From Candidatus Yanofskybacteria bacterium CG10_big_fil_rev_8_21_14_0_10_46_23 (GTDB taxonomy: Bacteria > Patescibacteriota > Minisyncoccia > 2-02-FULL-40-12 > IGHO2-12-FULL-4), in NCBI GenBank assembly GCA_002771135.1, contig PCXO01000005.1, positions 38,061-102,060 of the forward strand: 64,000 nt of DNA, in the 5' to 3' direction. Positions 9,709 to 19,511 of the stretch are shown piece after piece; position 1 is the stretch's first letter; every line of letters begins with the position of its first letter. Both the position numbers and the translations under genes were made by a program. Below the pieces are notes generated by a model that worked only from the letters and a program-made list of their open reading frames with translations, was not told the origin of the DNA and made no database searches.

Positions 9709-10565
9709 ACAAATTAATTTGTTTTCTAAACGGCCAATTTCTCCCGATCACCGAGGCCAAGATTTCGGTCCAAGATCTGGGGCTCTCCCGAGCTTTTGGA
9801 GTTTTTGACAGTATCCGGCTTTATCGGGGCCAACCCCTCCATCTCGAAGATCACCTAAATCGATTCCGGGAATCGGCCAACGTGATCAACTTAGAACTGC
9901 CCGATAATTTTGAAGAAATGCCCGCCGTGATTAAGGCCCTTTTTGAAAAGAATAACGCTAATTTCAAAACGGACGCCTTTGTCAAAATTATTCTTACCGG
10001 GGGGCCTTCTCCTGATAGTTTCAGCTACAGTAGAGACCACTCAACCCTGATGGCCTTAATGTTTGGACTTTCGGATAATCTTGCGATTGAACAGACGGAG
10101 GGTGTAAAGGCGATTACCCAAGAGTACAAAAGAATTTTTCCCGAGGCCAAAACTTTAAATTATACGGTTCGGTTCGCTCTTCAAGATAAAATTAAATCAG
10201 CCGGAGCCAAAGAGTTGGTTTATATTCATGATGGAAAAATTCTAGAGGGTTCGATGAGCAATTTTTTCCTAATAAAAGATAACCTTTTAGTCACCCCGGA
10301 CTCCGGAATTTTAAAAGGCGTTACCCGAAAAGTTGCTCTACATCTGGCTCAAGAGGCTAATTTTGAAATTCAAGAACGTCCGGTCCTACTGTCGGAGCTA
10401 GCTTCTGCTCAAGAGGCCTTTATCACTTCAACGGCCCGGGAAATAACGCCATTGGTGCAACTGGATGAGACGGTCATTGGCGGTGGTCAGCCCGGAGTCA
10501 AAACGAAACAGTTGATCGAGACCTTCAAGCGCTATGTTCAGGATTACTCGCCGCCGGCCCTATAA
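9705..10565 (+). CDS. Class IV PLP aminotransferase (IlvE/Dat/PabC family)
   Basis: KTLNY PLP lysine, EGSMSNFF, ILKGVTR, EAFITST. Confidence 0.88.
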   Translation: MNKLICFLNGQFLPITEAKISVQDLGLSRAFGVFDSIRLYRGQPLHLEDHLNRFRESANVINLELPDNFEEMPAVIKALFEKNNANFKTDAFVKIILTGGPSPDSFSYSRDHSTLMALMFGLSDNLAIEQTEGVKAITQEYKRIFPEAKTLNYTVRFALQDKIKSAGAKELVYIHDGKILEGSMSNFFLIKDNLLVTPDSGILKGVTRKVALHLAQEANFEIQERPVLLSELASAQEAFITSTAREITPLVQLDETVIGGGQPGVKTKQLIETFKRYVQDYSPPAL

Positions 10566-11352
10566 AGATCGACTCCATTCTCGAAAAATGAAACATCAGC
10601 GTCTAAGATGGGCCTTTTTGGCGTTGGGGCTATTGGTAGTTTTGGGAGTGGGGATTTATGGTTTGTTTTTTGCCGACCTTTTTAATGTTGAAGCGATTGA
10701 GATTTCTGGAAACAGCGCCATCAATCACAATTTAATTTTAGATTCGGTTAACCAATATCTCGAAAACCGTCGCTTTAATATCCCCCGACGACTGAATATA
10801 TTTTTGGTCAATAAGGATAGCCTTGCCGAAGCGATTCGGGGCGTTTCCTCCCGGATTGAAACGGTTAAGATAAAGAAGGGTTTATTCCATGAAATCAAGG
10901 TCGAGATAACGGAATTTAAAACTTTTGGGGTTTGGTGCCAATTAAAAATTGACCAATGTTTTTCGATTGATAAGGCCGGGCGTGCTTTTGAAGAAGCGCC
11001 CGCTTCTTCGGGCTTGATTCTTCTCCATGTTGATGACCATCGAGATAAAACGCTTGAAATTGGCCAGACGGTCCTTGAGAAAGATTGGTTAGAGCAACTG
11101 ATCTTGGCGCGAGAACTTCTTGATCAAAAATTGGAGTTAAAGACCCTGAACATAGTTTTAGTCGAAGATGGTTTTGGTGAGTATCAAATTGAGACTAACG
11201 AAGGTTGGCGCCTTCTTTTGAAGAGAGATTTGTCGACGCAAAATCAGATCGACGCCCTGAGTATATTCTTGGAGAAAGAACTTACAAAATCGGAACGAGC
11301 AAATTTAACCTATGTTGACGCGCGGATAAAAAACCGCTTTTATTATCAGTAG
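10534..11352 (+). CDS. FtsQ/DivIB-like cell division protein
   Basis: TM followed by POTRA-like IEISGN segment; C-terminal YVDAR motif. Confidence 0.7.
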   Translation: MFRITRRRPYKDRLHSRKMKHQRLRWAFLALGLLVVLGVGIYGLFFADLFNVEAIEISGNSAINHNLILDSVNQYLENRRFNIPRRLNIFLVNKDSLAEAIRGVSSRIETVKIKKGLFHEIKVEITEFKTFGVWCQLKIDQCFSIDKAGRAFEEAPASSGLILLHVDDHRDKTLEIGQTVLEKDWLEQLILARELLDQKLELKTLNIVLVEDGFGEYQIETNEGWRLLLKRDLSTQNQIDALSIFLEKELTKSERANLTYVDARIKNRFYYQ

Positions 11353-11371
11353 TTTTTAAGGGAGGTTTCTA

Positions 11372-11584
11372 ATGTATCAGCGATGCTGCTTCTGTGGTCG
11401 GGGCAGAGTTGTCCTGAAAAGAGTGCGATGCGAGGTGGGCCAGAGACCTGCTTTCGCCTGCGTAGATTGCCTTGAGAGAGGGGAAACTCAGTGCTCCCGT
11501 CATCCCCGTCGGAGATTGATCCGGGGCGAATCCCTGAATTGCTCCGGCTGTAAGAAAAATTTTGTCCCCACTTTACAGGGCTGA
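11372..11584 (+). CDS. Small Cys-rich (zinc-binding) hypothetical protein
   Basis: CxxC, CxxC, CxxH, CxxC pairs; GGAGG upstream; terminator-like hairpin plus T-run at 11585-11620. Confidence 0.55.
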   Translation: MYQRCCFCGRGRVVLKRVRCEVGQRPAFACVDCLERGETQCSRHPRRRLIRGESLNCSGCKKNFVPTLQG

Positions 11585-11621
11585 CCTCGTTTCTTTAGGA
11601 GAGGGACGGGGTTTTTGTTTA

Positions 11622-13397
11622 CTAAAATTTATAAATGAAGATAGAGTTTCCGATTCGTTCGACGGGCTCTTGGTTTAAGAGCCAACCATAGTTTTGCTCC
11701 GGATCGGCCAGACTATTTACTAAAAAAGTAGCGGAGACGCCGATCCAACCCTCCGATTGATTATGATTTTTAAAATCAACCAAGTTTCGATAAGTTCCGG
11801 AGTTTATCCAGATTCTACGGCCGGGTAAATAGTATTCGGGATCGGCCCAGCCGAAGTAATCCAGATCAATTTTTTTAATATCATTCTCGATCAGCCAATC
11901 GCCTAAGCGTTTTAAATCCTGCCCCCAGTCTAGGTTGGAATCAACCACGATCTCGTGCGCGTTTTCCTGAGGCACGGTTTCATTAAAATAGGTTAAGTAA
12001 TAGGGGTAGATTGAGTGGTTCTCGTAGAAATACCAACCTAATAATCCCACAATAAAGAGACTAAATCCGGCTAATCCCTTTTTATAATGATATTGTTTTA
12101 GATGCTTAAAAATTTTATCAATCTGTCCGGCGACTAAGATAATGGTGAAGGGGTAAATTGGCAGAATGTGTCGAAGGCCGATATTAAGGTTACTTCGAAT
12201 ACTGATAAACCAATACAGGGCCAACCAAAGAAGCATAAAAAACTCTAAAAAGTTCTCCCGAATCAGTTTAAGGGGTCGGCGATAATTGGCGCGATCAGCC
12301 CGGAGACCGATAAAGATGAGGGCGGAAATAACTAAAGCCCACCAAGCCAGCGGTTCTTTAACAAGATAAACGATGGGGAAATAACTTTTTCGGCCATCTT
12401 GGGTTATATCTCCCAAAAAGAAAGCCGTGTTCCCGCCCTCTGATCGCTGTAGGGTTAGACCCAGACCAAGAGCATAGTGTCCGAGGGCCCGGAGCCCCGA
12501 TTTATCACTGGCCCAGCGAAGGATATTTTTAGGGGCATTGTCTGGGAAAGATTGAGTTAAGCTCGTTGTGTCGCTAACTTGGCGCTCAAGAGGATAATTT
12601 TTTGTCAGGACTAAGTAAGTTGGCCAGATTATTATCAAAAAGGTGACAAAAATAATTAAGATGGTTTTGCCGGTAAGGTTAGCTCCCCGAATAATTTTTT
12701 GTTTAAGAAGCAAACCGCTCTGTGTTAGGCCAAAAATAAAGGCGCTAATGATAAAGAAGGGGATTAATAGAATAGTTGAGAATTTAGCAAGGAGGGCGAA
12801 ACCGAGTCCGAGAATCAGCCCTAAAGCATTCTTTCTCGTTTGGTGATGAAGAAATCTTAAAAATAGAAATGAGGCCAAAGTTACTCCGAACATAGCCAAA
12901 AAATCAGTTGCCACGAATCGACTGTGAGCGATAATTGTCGGCGAGAAGGCGAAAATAATTAGAGCAATAAATCCCCCGATTGTTCCGTAATGATTTTTTG
13001 TCCAGCTAAAGATTAGGAGGCTGGCCAGAGCGAAGATGCCAACAAAGGGAAATTTTACGCTCCGGGTAGCCTGCTGAGAGTCCGTGATGGTTCCAAATAA
13101 AAGTTGCCGACCAAATTCCCATTGACCATTCAGGGCTTCAGTCCAACTTGCCGATTGAAATAGGCCGGCGTCATCAAAGTTCAGAAATAACAGCGGAGTC
13201 GCTCCGATAAGCTTTGCTAGGGGTGGGTGCTCGGGGTTAAGGCGATAATCTAACTTGGTCAAATACGAATAACCGGCCCCGATATGCGGGACCTCGTCGA
13301 CGATAAGAGAATCTTGCCAGAAACTGCCAATTGACAAGATTAGAGATAGGATGATAATGGCAGAGGCGATTAAAGCTCTCTGAATCTGAGTCTTCAT
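11622..13397 (-). CDS. ArnT/PMT-family (GT-C) membrane glycosyltransferase
   Basis: IVDEVPHI, EHPPLAK, DSNLDWGQDL motifs; many TM helices. Confidence 0.85.
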   Translation of the reverse strand: MKTQIQRALIASAIIILSLILSIGSFWQDSLIVDEVPHIGAGYSYLTKLDYRLNPEHPPLAKLIGATPLLFLNFDDAGLFQSASWTEALNGQWEFGRQLLFGTITDSQQATRSVKFPFVGIFALASLLIFSWTKNHYGTIGGFIALIIFAFSPTIIAHSRFVATDFLAMFGVTLASFLFLRFLHHQTRKNALGLILGLGFALLAKFSTILLIPFFIISAFIFGLTQSGLLLKQKIIRGANLTGKTILIIFVTFLIIIWPTYLVLTKNYPLERQVSDTTSLTQSFPDNAPKNILRWASDKSGLRALGHYALGLGLTLQRSEGGNTAFFLGDITQDGRKSYFPIVYLVKEPLAWWALVISALIFIGLRADRANYRRPLKLIRENFLEFFMLLWLALYWFISIRSNLNIGLRHILPIYPFTIILVAGQIDKIFKHLKQYHYKKGLAGFSLFIVGLLGWYFYENHSIYPYYLTYFNETVPQENAHEIVVDSNLDWGQDLKRLGDWLIENDIKKIDLDYFGWADPEYYLPGRRIWINSGTYRNLVDFKNHNQSEGWIGVSATFLVNSLADPEQNYGWLLNQEPVERIGNSIFIYKF

Positions 13398-13414
13398 GGG
13401 GAGGGAAGGAGATT

Positions 13415-13678
13415 ATGCCCTCAGTCTTTCTTATTTTATTTCTAGGAATTATTACCCTGCTGATTTGTTTTTTAACTTTGGCAGGGGTGTTCCTTCTGGG
13501 TTACTGTCTCGCTAAGGTCGCTTGGGTCTTGTTTCTAAAAAATGATGCGGAGTTTAAAGATGTCGCTGAATTCTTCGTCATTTCTTTGTTTGGCGGGTTG
13601 ATCTTAGCTCTCGGTAGCTTTCTTAGTTTCCTAGTTCATCTATTTTCACTCATCGCTACCTTGGCGGCAAATTCATGA
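13415..13678 (+). CDS. Small membrane hypothetical protein
   Basis: Two hydrophobic helices; AAGGAG SD; GGCGGC...GCCGCC-T6 terminator. Confidence 0.5.
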   Translation: MPSVFLILFLGIITLLICFLTLAGVFLLGYCLAKVAWVLFLKNDAEFKDVAEFFVISLFGGLILALGSFLSFLVHLFSLIATLAANS

Positions 13679-13701
13679 TGGCCGCCTTTTTATTACCCTA
13701 A

Positions 13702-14868
13702 TCAGAGGCTATTTTCAAGGTCTTGGCTTTCGAGTAGCCTTGCCGGGCTAGCCCATTGATTGAAATAGCGGTCGTATTGATAAAGGCCAATAGCGACAAG
13801 AAGGAGAATGAGCGTGGCGGTAACGGCGAAAACCGCTTGGTGCGGGCCCTTTCGGATATCAATCCAGCGATAAAGACTGAGGAATGCCCACCAGAACCCC
13901 TTGGCGGCCATCAAATAGGCCACAGGAGCGATGATAACGGCTAAGCGCGCGTTAACCCCGCTCCCGAAGAAAGATACTCCCAAAAGCCCTCCGATAAGCC
14001 AAATTATGGACAAAAGGGGAACGAGGGCTAAGTGGTGATGGTTTTGCCAATATTTGAATAAATCGCGGGCAATATTTATAAGGCCGATTAGGAAGAAAAG
14101 TCCAACCAGCCAAAACAATTGCGGTGAGCCGGGAATATTTTGGTCCGGATTTATGTCCCCCTGAAAATTGAACATGGCTAAATTCAGCCCCAGATTCTTT
14201 AGCAGGTTTGTGAAGGGAGTTGGAGTTTGGAAGACGGAGTTGTTAAAATTTTCATTTAAAAACTGGCTCGACTGAAAGTAAAGGTTAAGGCCAATCGGGA
14301 ATCCGGCTAGAAGGGTGAATAATATCAGCACCCCAAGGCCCCGCGCCAGAGCGTTTCGGAGGTATTCATATTTATTTTGGGGATAATCTCGTTTTATTTT
14401 TTGTCGATGCGCAACCAGAACAACTATGACAACGAAAAAACCGACTAGGGCCAGGGGGCTCAGATACAGAGTGCTTCCCAGAAGAAGACCGCAGATGATG
14501 AAGGGCAGGACATCGGAGGTGCGCAACCCGCGCCAGAGGAAATAGAATAAAAAGACCAAAATTGTTGAAACTAAAATTTCTACTGTCCCCAAACGAGAAA
14601 CTAAGATGTGCCAGAAAGAGAAGCTGACTAAAGAGGCGGTGATTAGGGCGATTCGACGATTATAGAGCTCCCGGGCTAAGAGATAAAGGCCGAAAACGCC
14701 AATTACCCCCGATAGCGCCATTATAGCTTCAATCTGCCCGGCAAGAAGCCAAAATCTTGAGAAAAAACCAACGAGGACAATCAAGCTGACTGATAGAAAT
14801 TCCAATTTCCTGCTCATGGTTATTTTATTATACCACGCCCCCGATTTTATTGAGGGGCTTATACACAC
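13702..14868 (-). CDS. ArnT/PMT-like membrane protein (divergent)
   Basis: LYLLAREL...SFWHILVSR, MFNFQGD, NIPGSPQL; multi-TM. Confidence 0.7.
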   Translation of the reverse strand: MCISPSIKSGAWYNKITMSRKLEFLSVSLIVLVGFFSRFWLLAGQIEAIMALSGVIGVFGLYLLARELYNRRIALITASLVSFSFWHILVSRLGTVEILVSTILVFLFYFLWRGLRTSDVLPFIICGLLLGSTLYLSPLALVGFFVVIVVLVAHRQKIKRDYPQNKYEYLRNALARGLGVLILFTLLAGFPIGLNLYFQSSQFLNENFNNSVFQTPTPFTNLLKNLGLNLAMFNFQGDINPDQNIPGSPQLFWLVGLFFLIGLINIARDLFKYWQNHHHLALVPLLSIIWLIGGLLGVSFFGSGVNARLAVIIAPVAYLMAAKGFWWAFLSLYRWIDIRKGPHQAVFAVTATLILLLVAIGLYQYDRYFNQWASPARLLESQDLENSL

Positions 14869-14902
14869 AAAATTGATTTAAGAACTGCTAGAATGAGTCC
14901 AG

Positions 14903-15769
14903 ATGGCGCTCGATTTTATCTCATTTTTTTGGTTTATTTTAGGCTTCGGATTAATTTTAATCGCGACCATTTTTGTTGTTCATGGCCGGGGATTTAAATT
15001 AAAGCCAAGCCCGAGACCAAATCTGCTTCACTTAAAGATAGCGACGGGGCAAATATCCGCGGGGACAGAAATTGAAAAAATGACTAACTTTCTCGAGACC
15101 CTAAGCGATCTTCATCGGCACGCGCAAGGTTGGAATGTCTTCCTTTTGGGCCAACCCTATTTAATTTTAAATTTAATCGTTCAAAAAAATGACTTAGCCT
15201 TTATCGTCTCTTTTCCTCCGGCTCAAAAGAGGTATCTCCAAAATAAATTAGAGCAAGCCTTCCCAAGAATCCGGTGGACAGAAACTGATTTGAGTTGGGA
15301 TGACCCCCCTGCCCAAGGAGCGGTTTTGACTCTCGCTCAAAACTCAAGCAAGACAAATGAGGATAAGGAAGCCCTGCCAGCGCCGGGCAGTCTTTTCGTT
15401 GTCCAAGAATTGCAAGTTATTCAGCAGAGTTTTGTCGATCATGAAAGACTATACCTTCAACTTTTGATTCGGCCGTCCCATCATAAAAAGGGGGCTCATC
15501 TCTATCAAACCAACTTTCGAATCCTTACTTTTCAAACAACTCCGGAGCGCGGTCGAGATCTGATCGGCAAAGTCGAACGGCTCTTGGAGAGAATCGTTTT
15601 TGCTCGAAAAATTCACTTTAAATTAAATTTTCCGTCGATGTCAAATTCTAATTCGCTTCAAGAAAATTGTCGAGATTATCGCTTTGATTTTAAAAATAGT
15701 TTTTATTTGACTGCCTCCGAGTTGGCCGCGGTTTATCATTTTTTTGACTCGGGGATAAAGCATGACTAA
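14903..15769 (+). CDS. Hypothetical membrane-anchored protein
   Basis: N-terminal TM; overlaps the start of the GtrA gene; TGCTAGAAT -10 just upstream. Confidence 0.6.
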   Translation: MALDFISFFWFILGFGLILIATIFVVHGRGFKLKPSPRPNLLHLKIATGQISAGTEIEKMTNFLETLSDLHRHAQGWNVFLLGQPYLILNLIVQKNDLAFIVSFPPAQKRYLQNKLEQAFPRIRWTETDLSWDDPPAQGAVLTLAQNSSKTNEDKEALPAPGSLFVVQELQVIQQSFVDHERLYLQLLIRPSHHKKGAHLYQTNFRILTFQTTPERGRDLIGKVERLLERIVFARKIHFKLNFPSMSNSNSLQENCRDYRFDFKNSFYLTASELAAVYHFFDSGIKHD

Positions 15770-16364
15770 ACGCGATTTTATCTTTGCCATTATCACGGGA
15801 CTTTTAACAGGGCTGGTCGCCGGGTTTATCTTTAGGCACTTTCAAATAGCCTTTCCCTTTGATTTTCCTTATTTTGGTCTTGTTATCTTCGTCCCGATCC
15901 TTTGGATTCTGGGGGTTTGGCTGGGCAATTTTTTAGGCCGTTGGGTCCCATTCTTTAGCGAGTTTGGTCGTTTTGTCGCCATTGGCTTTACCAACGCGGC
16001 CGTGGATTTCGGGATTCTTAATCTTTTGATTAATCTCTCCGGCCTTGCCCAAGGGACAGCCTTTTCTGTTTTTAAAAGCCTATCTTTTCTGGTCGCACTT
16101 ACCCATAGTTATTTTTGGAATCGTTTCTGGGTTTTCCATGCCCGGGAACAAACCGAAAAACAATTTACCCGATTTTTTGGAGTTAATCTTGTCGCTCTAG
16201 TCATTAACGTTTCGGTCGCTTCAGCGATTGTTAATCTCATCCCGCCTCTGGCGGGGTTAAGCGCTCCGGCTTGGGCTAATCTGGGGGCGGTCGCCGGCTC
16301 CGGGGTTGCTTTGATTTTTAGCTTTGTCGGTTTTCGAACTTTTGTCTTCAAGAAGAACCCCTAA
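15762..16364 (+). CDS. GtrA-family protein
   Basis: RFVAIGFTNAAVDFG, SYFWNRFWVF. Confidence 0.85.
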   Translation: MTKRDFIFAIITGLLTGLVAGFIFRHFQIAFPFDFPYFGLVIFVPILWILGVWLGNFLGRWVPFFSEFGRFVAIGFTNAAVDFGILNLLINLSGLAQGTAFSVFKSLSFLVALTHSYFWNRFWVFHAREQTEKQFTRFFGVNLVALVINVSVASAIVNLIPPLAGLSAPAWANLGAVAGSGVALIFSFVGFRTFVFKKNP

Positions 16365-16413
16365 AGACAGACCGGCTCCATTCTGTTATAAAACTAGATA
16401 AGAAGCTTTTATT

Positions 16414-17499
16414 ATGGCGGAAACACTTTATCGAAAATATCGCCCCGCTAGATTCAAGGATATTCGGGGCCAAGAGCACGTTACCCGGACGCTTAGGGGC
16501 GCGTTGATGTTGGATCGAGTCGCCCACGCCTATCTTTTCGCCGGTCCTCGGGGAACGGGGAAGACCACGATCGCCCGTATTTTCGCCAAGGCCTTGAACT
16601 GCGAGAATCTCAAAGAGGGAGAACCCTGTGACAAATGTTCCACTTGTCAGGCCATTAATGAATCGCGAAGTGTCGACATTATTGAAATTGATGGCGCCTC
16701 GAATCGAGGCATTGATGAAATTCGGAATATCAAAGAGATTGCCCGAGTCGCTTCCAGCCAGAATCGTTTTAAAGTCTTTATTATCGACGAGGTTCATTCG
16801 CTAACCAAGGATGCCTTTAACGCTTTACTAAAAACCTTGGAAGAGCCCCCCGCTCATGTAAAATTTATTTTGGCGACAACGGAGCCCCATAAACTTTTGC
16901 CCACGGTTTTGTCCCGAGTCCAACGTTTTGATTTTAAAAAATTAAGTTTGGCCGAAATTATTGATAAGTTAAAACACATCGTTCGTTCTGAAAAAATTTC
17001 GGCTGAAACGGATATTTTCCATATTATTGCGACCAACGCGGAGGGGTCCCTTCGAGATGCGGAAAGCAGTCTGGCCAAGTTAATTTCTGTCAGTGGGACA
17101 GCTATTACGCTTGATCAGGCCAAGGATATATTGGGCTTTATTCCCACCGATCAGTATGCTAAGGCGCTTGACCTGATTTTAGCTAAAGATCAATCCGGGG
17201 GAATAAAAATGATTAACGACCTCTACGTCTCGGGGGTAGACCTCAGTCTTTTTACCGACGGCCTGATAAACTTTTCTCGAAAAATAATTATTGCCAAGGC
17301 GGTGGATTCCCCGAAAGAAAGTCTGGGTGATGAATTTTTAGATGATCACCTCCAATATGTTGAAAAAATTGCCAATACCGTCGAATCGGCCGACTTAATC
17401 AAAATCATCAATCGGCTTATTCAAGTTCGTCACGATCTCAAAACCTCACCTATTCCCCAACTTCCACTGGAGCTGGCGATTATGGACTTAGCCATTTAG
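16414..17499 (+). CDS. dnaX: DNA polymerase III subunit gamma/tau (short form)
   Basis: LYRKYRP, GPRGTGKT, CxxCxxC zinc site, IIDEVH, FNALLKTLEEPP. Confidence 0.96.
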   Translation: MAETLYRKYRPARFKDIRGQEHVTRTLRGALMLDRVAHAYLFAGPRGTGKTTIARIFAKALNCENLKEGEPCDKCSTCQAINESRSVDIIEIDGASNRGIDEIRNIKEIARVASSQNRFKVFIIDEVHSLTKDAFNALLKTLEEPPAHVKFILATTEPHKLLPTVLSRVQRFDFKKLSLAEIIDKLKHIVRSEKISAETDIFHIIATNAEGSLRDAESSLAKLISVSGTAITLDQAKDILGFIPTDQYAKALDLILAKDQSGGIKMINDLYVSGVDLSLFTDGLINFSRKIIIAKAVDSPKESLGDEFLDDHLQYVEKIANTVESADLIKIINRLIQVRHDLKTSPIPQLPLELAIMDLAI

Positions 17500-17551
17500 A
17501 TTCCCCTAAACAAAAGCCCCCGCCTAAGGAGGCGAGGGGGCAAGAAAAAAG

Positions 17552-17869
17552 TTAGATCGCAGACAACAAAAACACTAGAAACCCAACCACAACGATGATG
17601 ATCCCGATCCCCATCGTGCGGGGGCAGTCTTTCTCAAAAAACCCATGGAACAGGGCCGTAAACCCTGCCAGAATCAATACGATTCCCAAAGTTCCGAAGG
17701 ATCCCCTCGGGGTTCCGTAAAGGGTTGTCTGGAAAATTAATCCGCCCGATATAATCCCTATATACCACAACCTAGAGCCGTTACTTTTTGGCCGGGAGAA
17801 TTCGGCTATTGTGAAAAGAACGAGATTGATACCCAGAATAAAAAAACCCTCACTTATGGCCTCACTCAT
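17552..17869 (-). CDS. Small multi-TM hypothetical protein (orphan cassette)
   Basis: ATG 17869 with AAGGAG; TTGACA upstream (~17920); terminator 17515-17540. Confidence 0.6.
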   Translation of the reverse strand: MSEAISEGFFILGINLVLFTIAEFSRPKSNGSRLWYIGIISGGLIFQTTLYGTPRGSFGTLGIVLILAGFTALFHGFFEKDCPRTMGIGIIIVVVGFLVFLLSAI

Positions 17870-17964
17870 TTCAAGGTCTCCTTTCCTCACTATAAAATAT
17901 TAATTTAGATTTCTTGTCAAGTAGGGGGTGGGAGACAAAAGCCCCGTTTGCGGGGCGTGGGGAG

Positions 17965-18144
17965 TCAGAAGCCGTGGAAGAGAAAGTGAAGGCTTGCTCC
18001 AAAAATAATGGAGAGCTTTGAAATTTTCTGGCCAATTTTAAATCCCTCAGCGTCACCCCACCTTTTGGATTTTATCATCGTCACAAAACCGGCACTCATC
18101 CATAACACCAGCAGGACTTCTAAGGCCCTGACTAGTTCATACAC
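17965..18144 (-). CDS. 59-aa membrane hypothetical protein (below ORF-track cutoff)
   Basis: GAGGAGG SD then GTG; MYELVRALEVLLVLWMSAGFVTMIKSKRWGDAEGFKIGQKISKLSIIFGASLHFLFHGF*; terminator GCCCCG-caaa-CGGGGC-TTTT at 17937-17956. Confidence 0.6.
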   Translation of the reverse strand: MYELVRALEVLLVLWMSAGFVTMIKSKRWGDAEGFKIGQKISKLSIIFGASLHFLFHGF

Positions 18145-18266
18145 GGGTTACCTCCTCTGGAAAGTTCTAAGGTTATAAAAACATTATCTTTAAATTAAGT
18201 CAAGTAGAGCTTCTTGGCTTTGTAAAAAGTCAACTTTCGTGGTATTATTTTTCGAGAATTTAGTAT

Positions 18267-18337
18267 TGCCGGGTCGTCTAAAGGTAAGACTACGGTTTTT
18301 GGGACCGTCTATCGGGGTTCGAATCCCTGCCCGGCAG
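18267..18337 (+). tRNA. tRNA-Gln(TTG)
   Basis: Cloverleaf TGCCGGG...CCCGGCA; anticodon arm ACGGT-TTTTGGG-ACCGT; GGTTCGAATCC. Confidence 0.93.
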
Positions 18338-18339
18338 CT

Positions 18340-18684
18340 ATCCTTCGCCAAGGCTTCGGAATAGCCTTGCTAATATGTATTATGTATATATTTTATACAG
18401 TTCAAAATCTAAAAACTTTTATTTTGGCTATACCGAGAATCTAAAGAAAAGATTTGGGGAACATAATAAAGGACTATCAAAAGCTACGGCTCCATATATA
18501 CCCTGGAAATTAGTATTCTATAGTGCTTTTGATACCATTAAAAAAGCCAAAGATTTTGAACTGTATTTAAAAACAGGATCGGGTAAAGCTTTTGCTTATA
18601 AAAGATTATTAAATTCCGAAGCCTTGAAGAAGGATTTGGGCCGAGGTGTTCCGAAACTCGGAGAGTGAAGGACATCCCGGCAGC
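18340..18684 (+). mobile_element. Putative GIY-YIG mini-element at the 3' end of tRNA-Gln
   Basis: 23-bp inverted repeats 18340-18362 / 18613-18635 (21/23 match); tRNA 3' 9-mer CCCGGCAGC repeated at 18676-18684. Confidence 0.55.
18375..18668 (+). CDS. Small GIY-YIG nuclease family protein
   Basis: YYVYILYS..FYFGYT.NLKKR..EHN.G..AT; conserved E in AKDFELYLK. Confidence 0.9.
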   Translation: MYYVYILYSSKSKNFYFGYTENLKKRFGEHNKGLSKATAPYIPWKLVFYSAFDTIKKAKDFELYLKTGSGKAFAYKRLLNSEALKKDLGRGVPKLGE

Positions 18685-18900
18685 ACTTCGACTCGCTTGC
18701 TTCAACAAGTTCAGCACAAGTCGCTCGCTCAGTGCGAGCACTGTGAGGCTTAGTTTTGCTCAGGAGGGACAGCCGACGAACGTAGGCGAGGAGGTACTGA
18801 GCCCAGCAGGGCGAATGTGCCACATTGTATGAATCGGAAAGGTTGCCTCATAAAAAGTGGAAAGGACGCAAATGAATCAAAGAGCTATAAACTTACAAAT

Positions 18901-19413
18901 ATGATCGATCTATATCACGGCAGTCCGGGCAAGATCGAAGGACCGCTAACACCAGTACTCCGGCATTCAACTTTGGATCATATTCACGACAAACCGGCGG
19001 TCTTTGCCACTGCGAGAATCGATTTGGCGAGCTTATTCATGTTTTCCTTTGACGATGTACTGGCCAGTATAGGTTTTGAGCAGGATATTGCTTATATTTG
19101 CATATGGGGAAGGCCAGAACAATTTCAGCCAAAGGACAGGGGCGGTTATATTTATGTCTTTTCCAGTGATAATTTCCAGAAAGTTGGGAAAGATTATGAG
19201 TGGCAAAGTTTCGAACCAACTCTTCCAAAGAAAATAAGAAGGCACGACTCGATTGTTGCGGGTGTGATAGATTGCTCGGCGCAGGCATATTTTATCGACG
19301 ATGATAAGATTATGGATGATGTCGTTAATAATAAAAACAATCGATCAGTAATTTTAAAAAACTTAGTATCCGAAAATCAGAAGATCAGCAAAAATATCAG
19401 GCAGTTTAGTTAA
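18901..19413 (+). CDS. Hypothetical protein
   Basis: LYHGS N-terminus and GYIY motif; ATG 18901. Confidence 0.6.
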   Translation: MIDLYHGSPGKIEGPLTPVLRHSTLDHIHDKPAVFATARIDLASLFMFSFDDVLASIGFEQDIAYICIWGRPEQFQPKDRGGYIYVFSSDNFQKVGKDYEWQSFEPTLPKKIRRHDSIVAGVIDCSAQAYFIDDDKIMDDVVNNKNNRSVILKNLVSENQKISKNIRQFS

Positions 19414-19511
19414 CCTCAAAAAGATAGCCTCTAGATTATTTTCATTTTTAGTTTCTACAGGAATATAACCATTAATTCATCTTCGTTCAGGGAGGAGCAA
19501 AATCTAATTTT

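Noticed and set aside
16414-17499. Short DnaX (and short AlaS at 52847-54691, duplicated mreB) as novelties
   Set aside because: These fit known CPR genome streamlining, the genes end cleanly, and there is no sign of programmed frameshifting.
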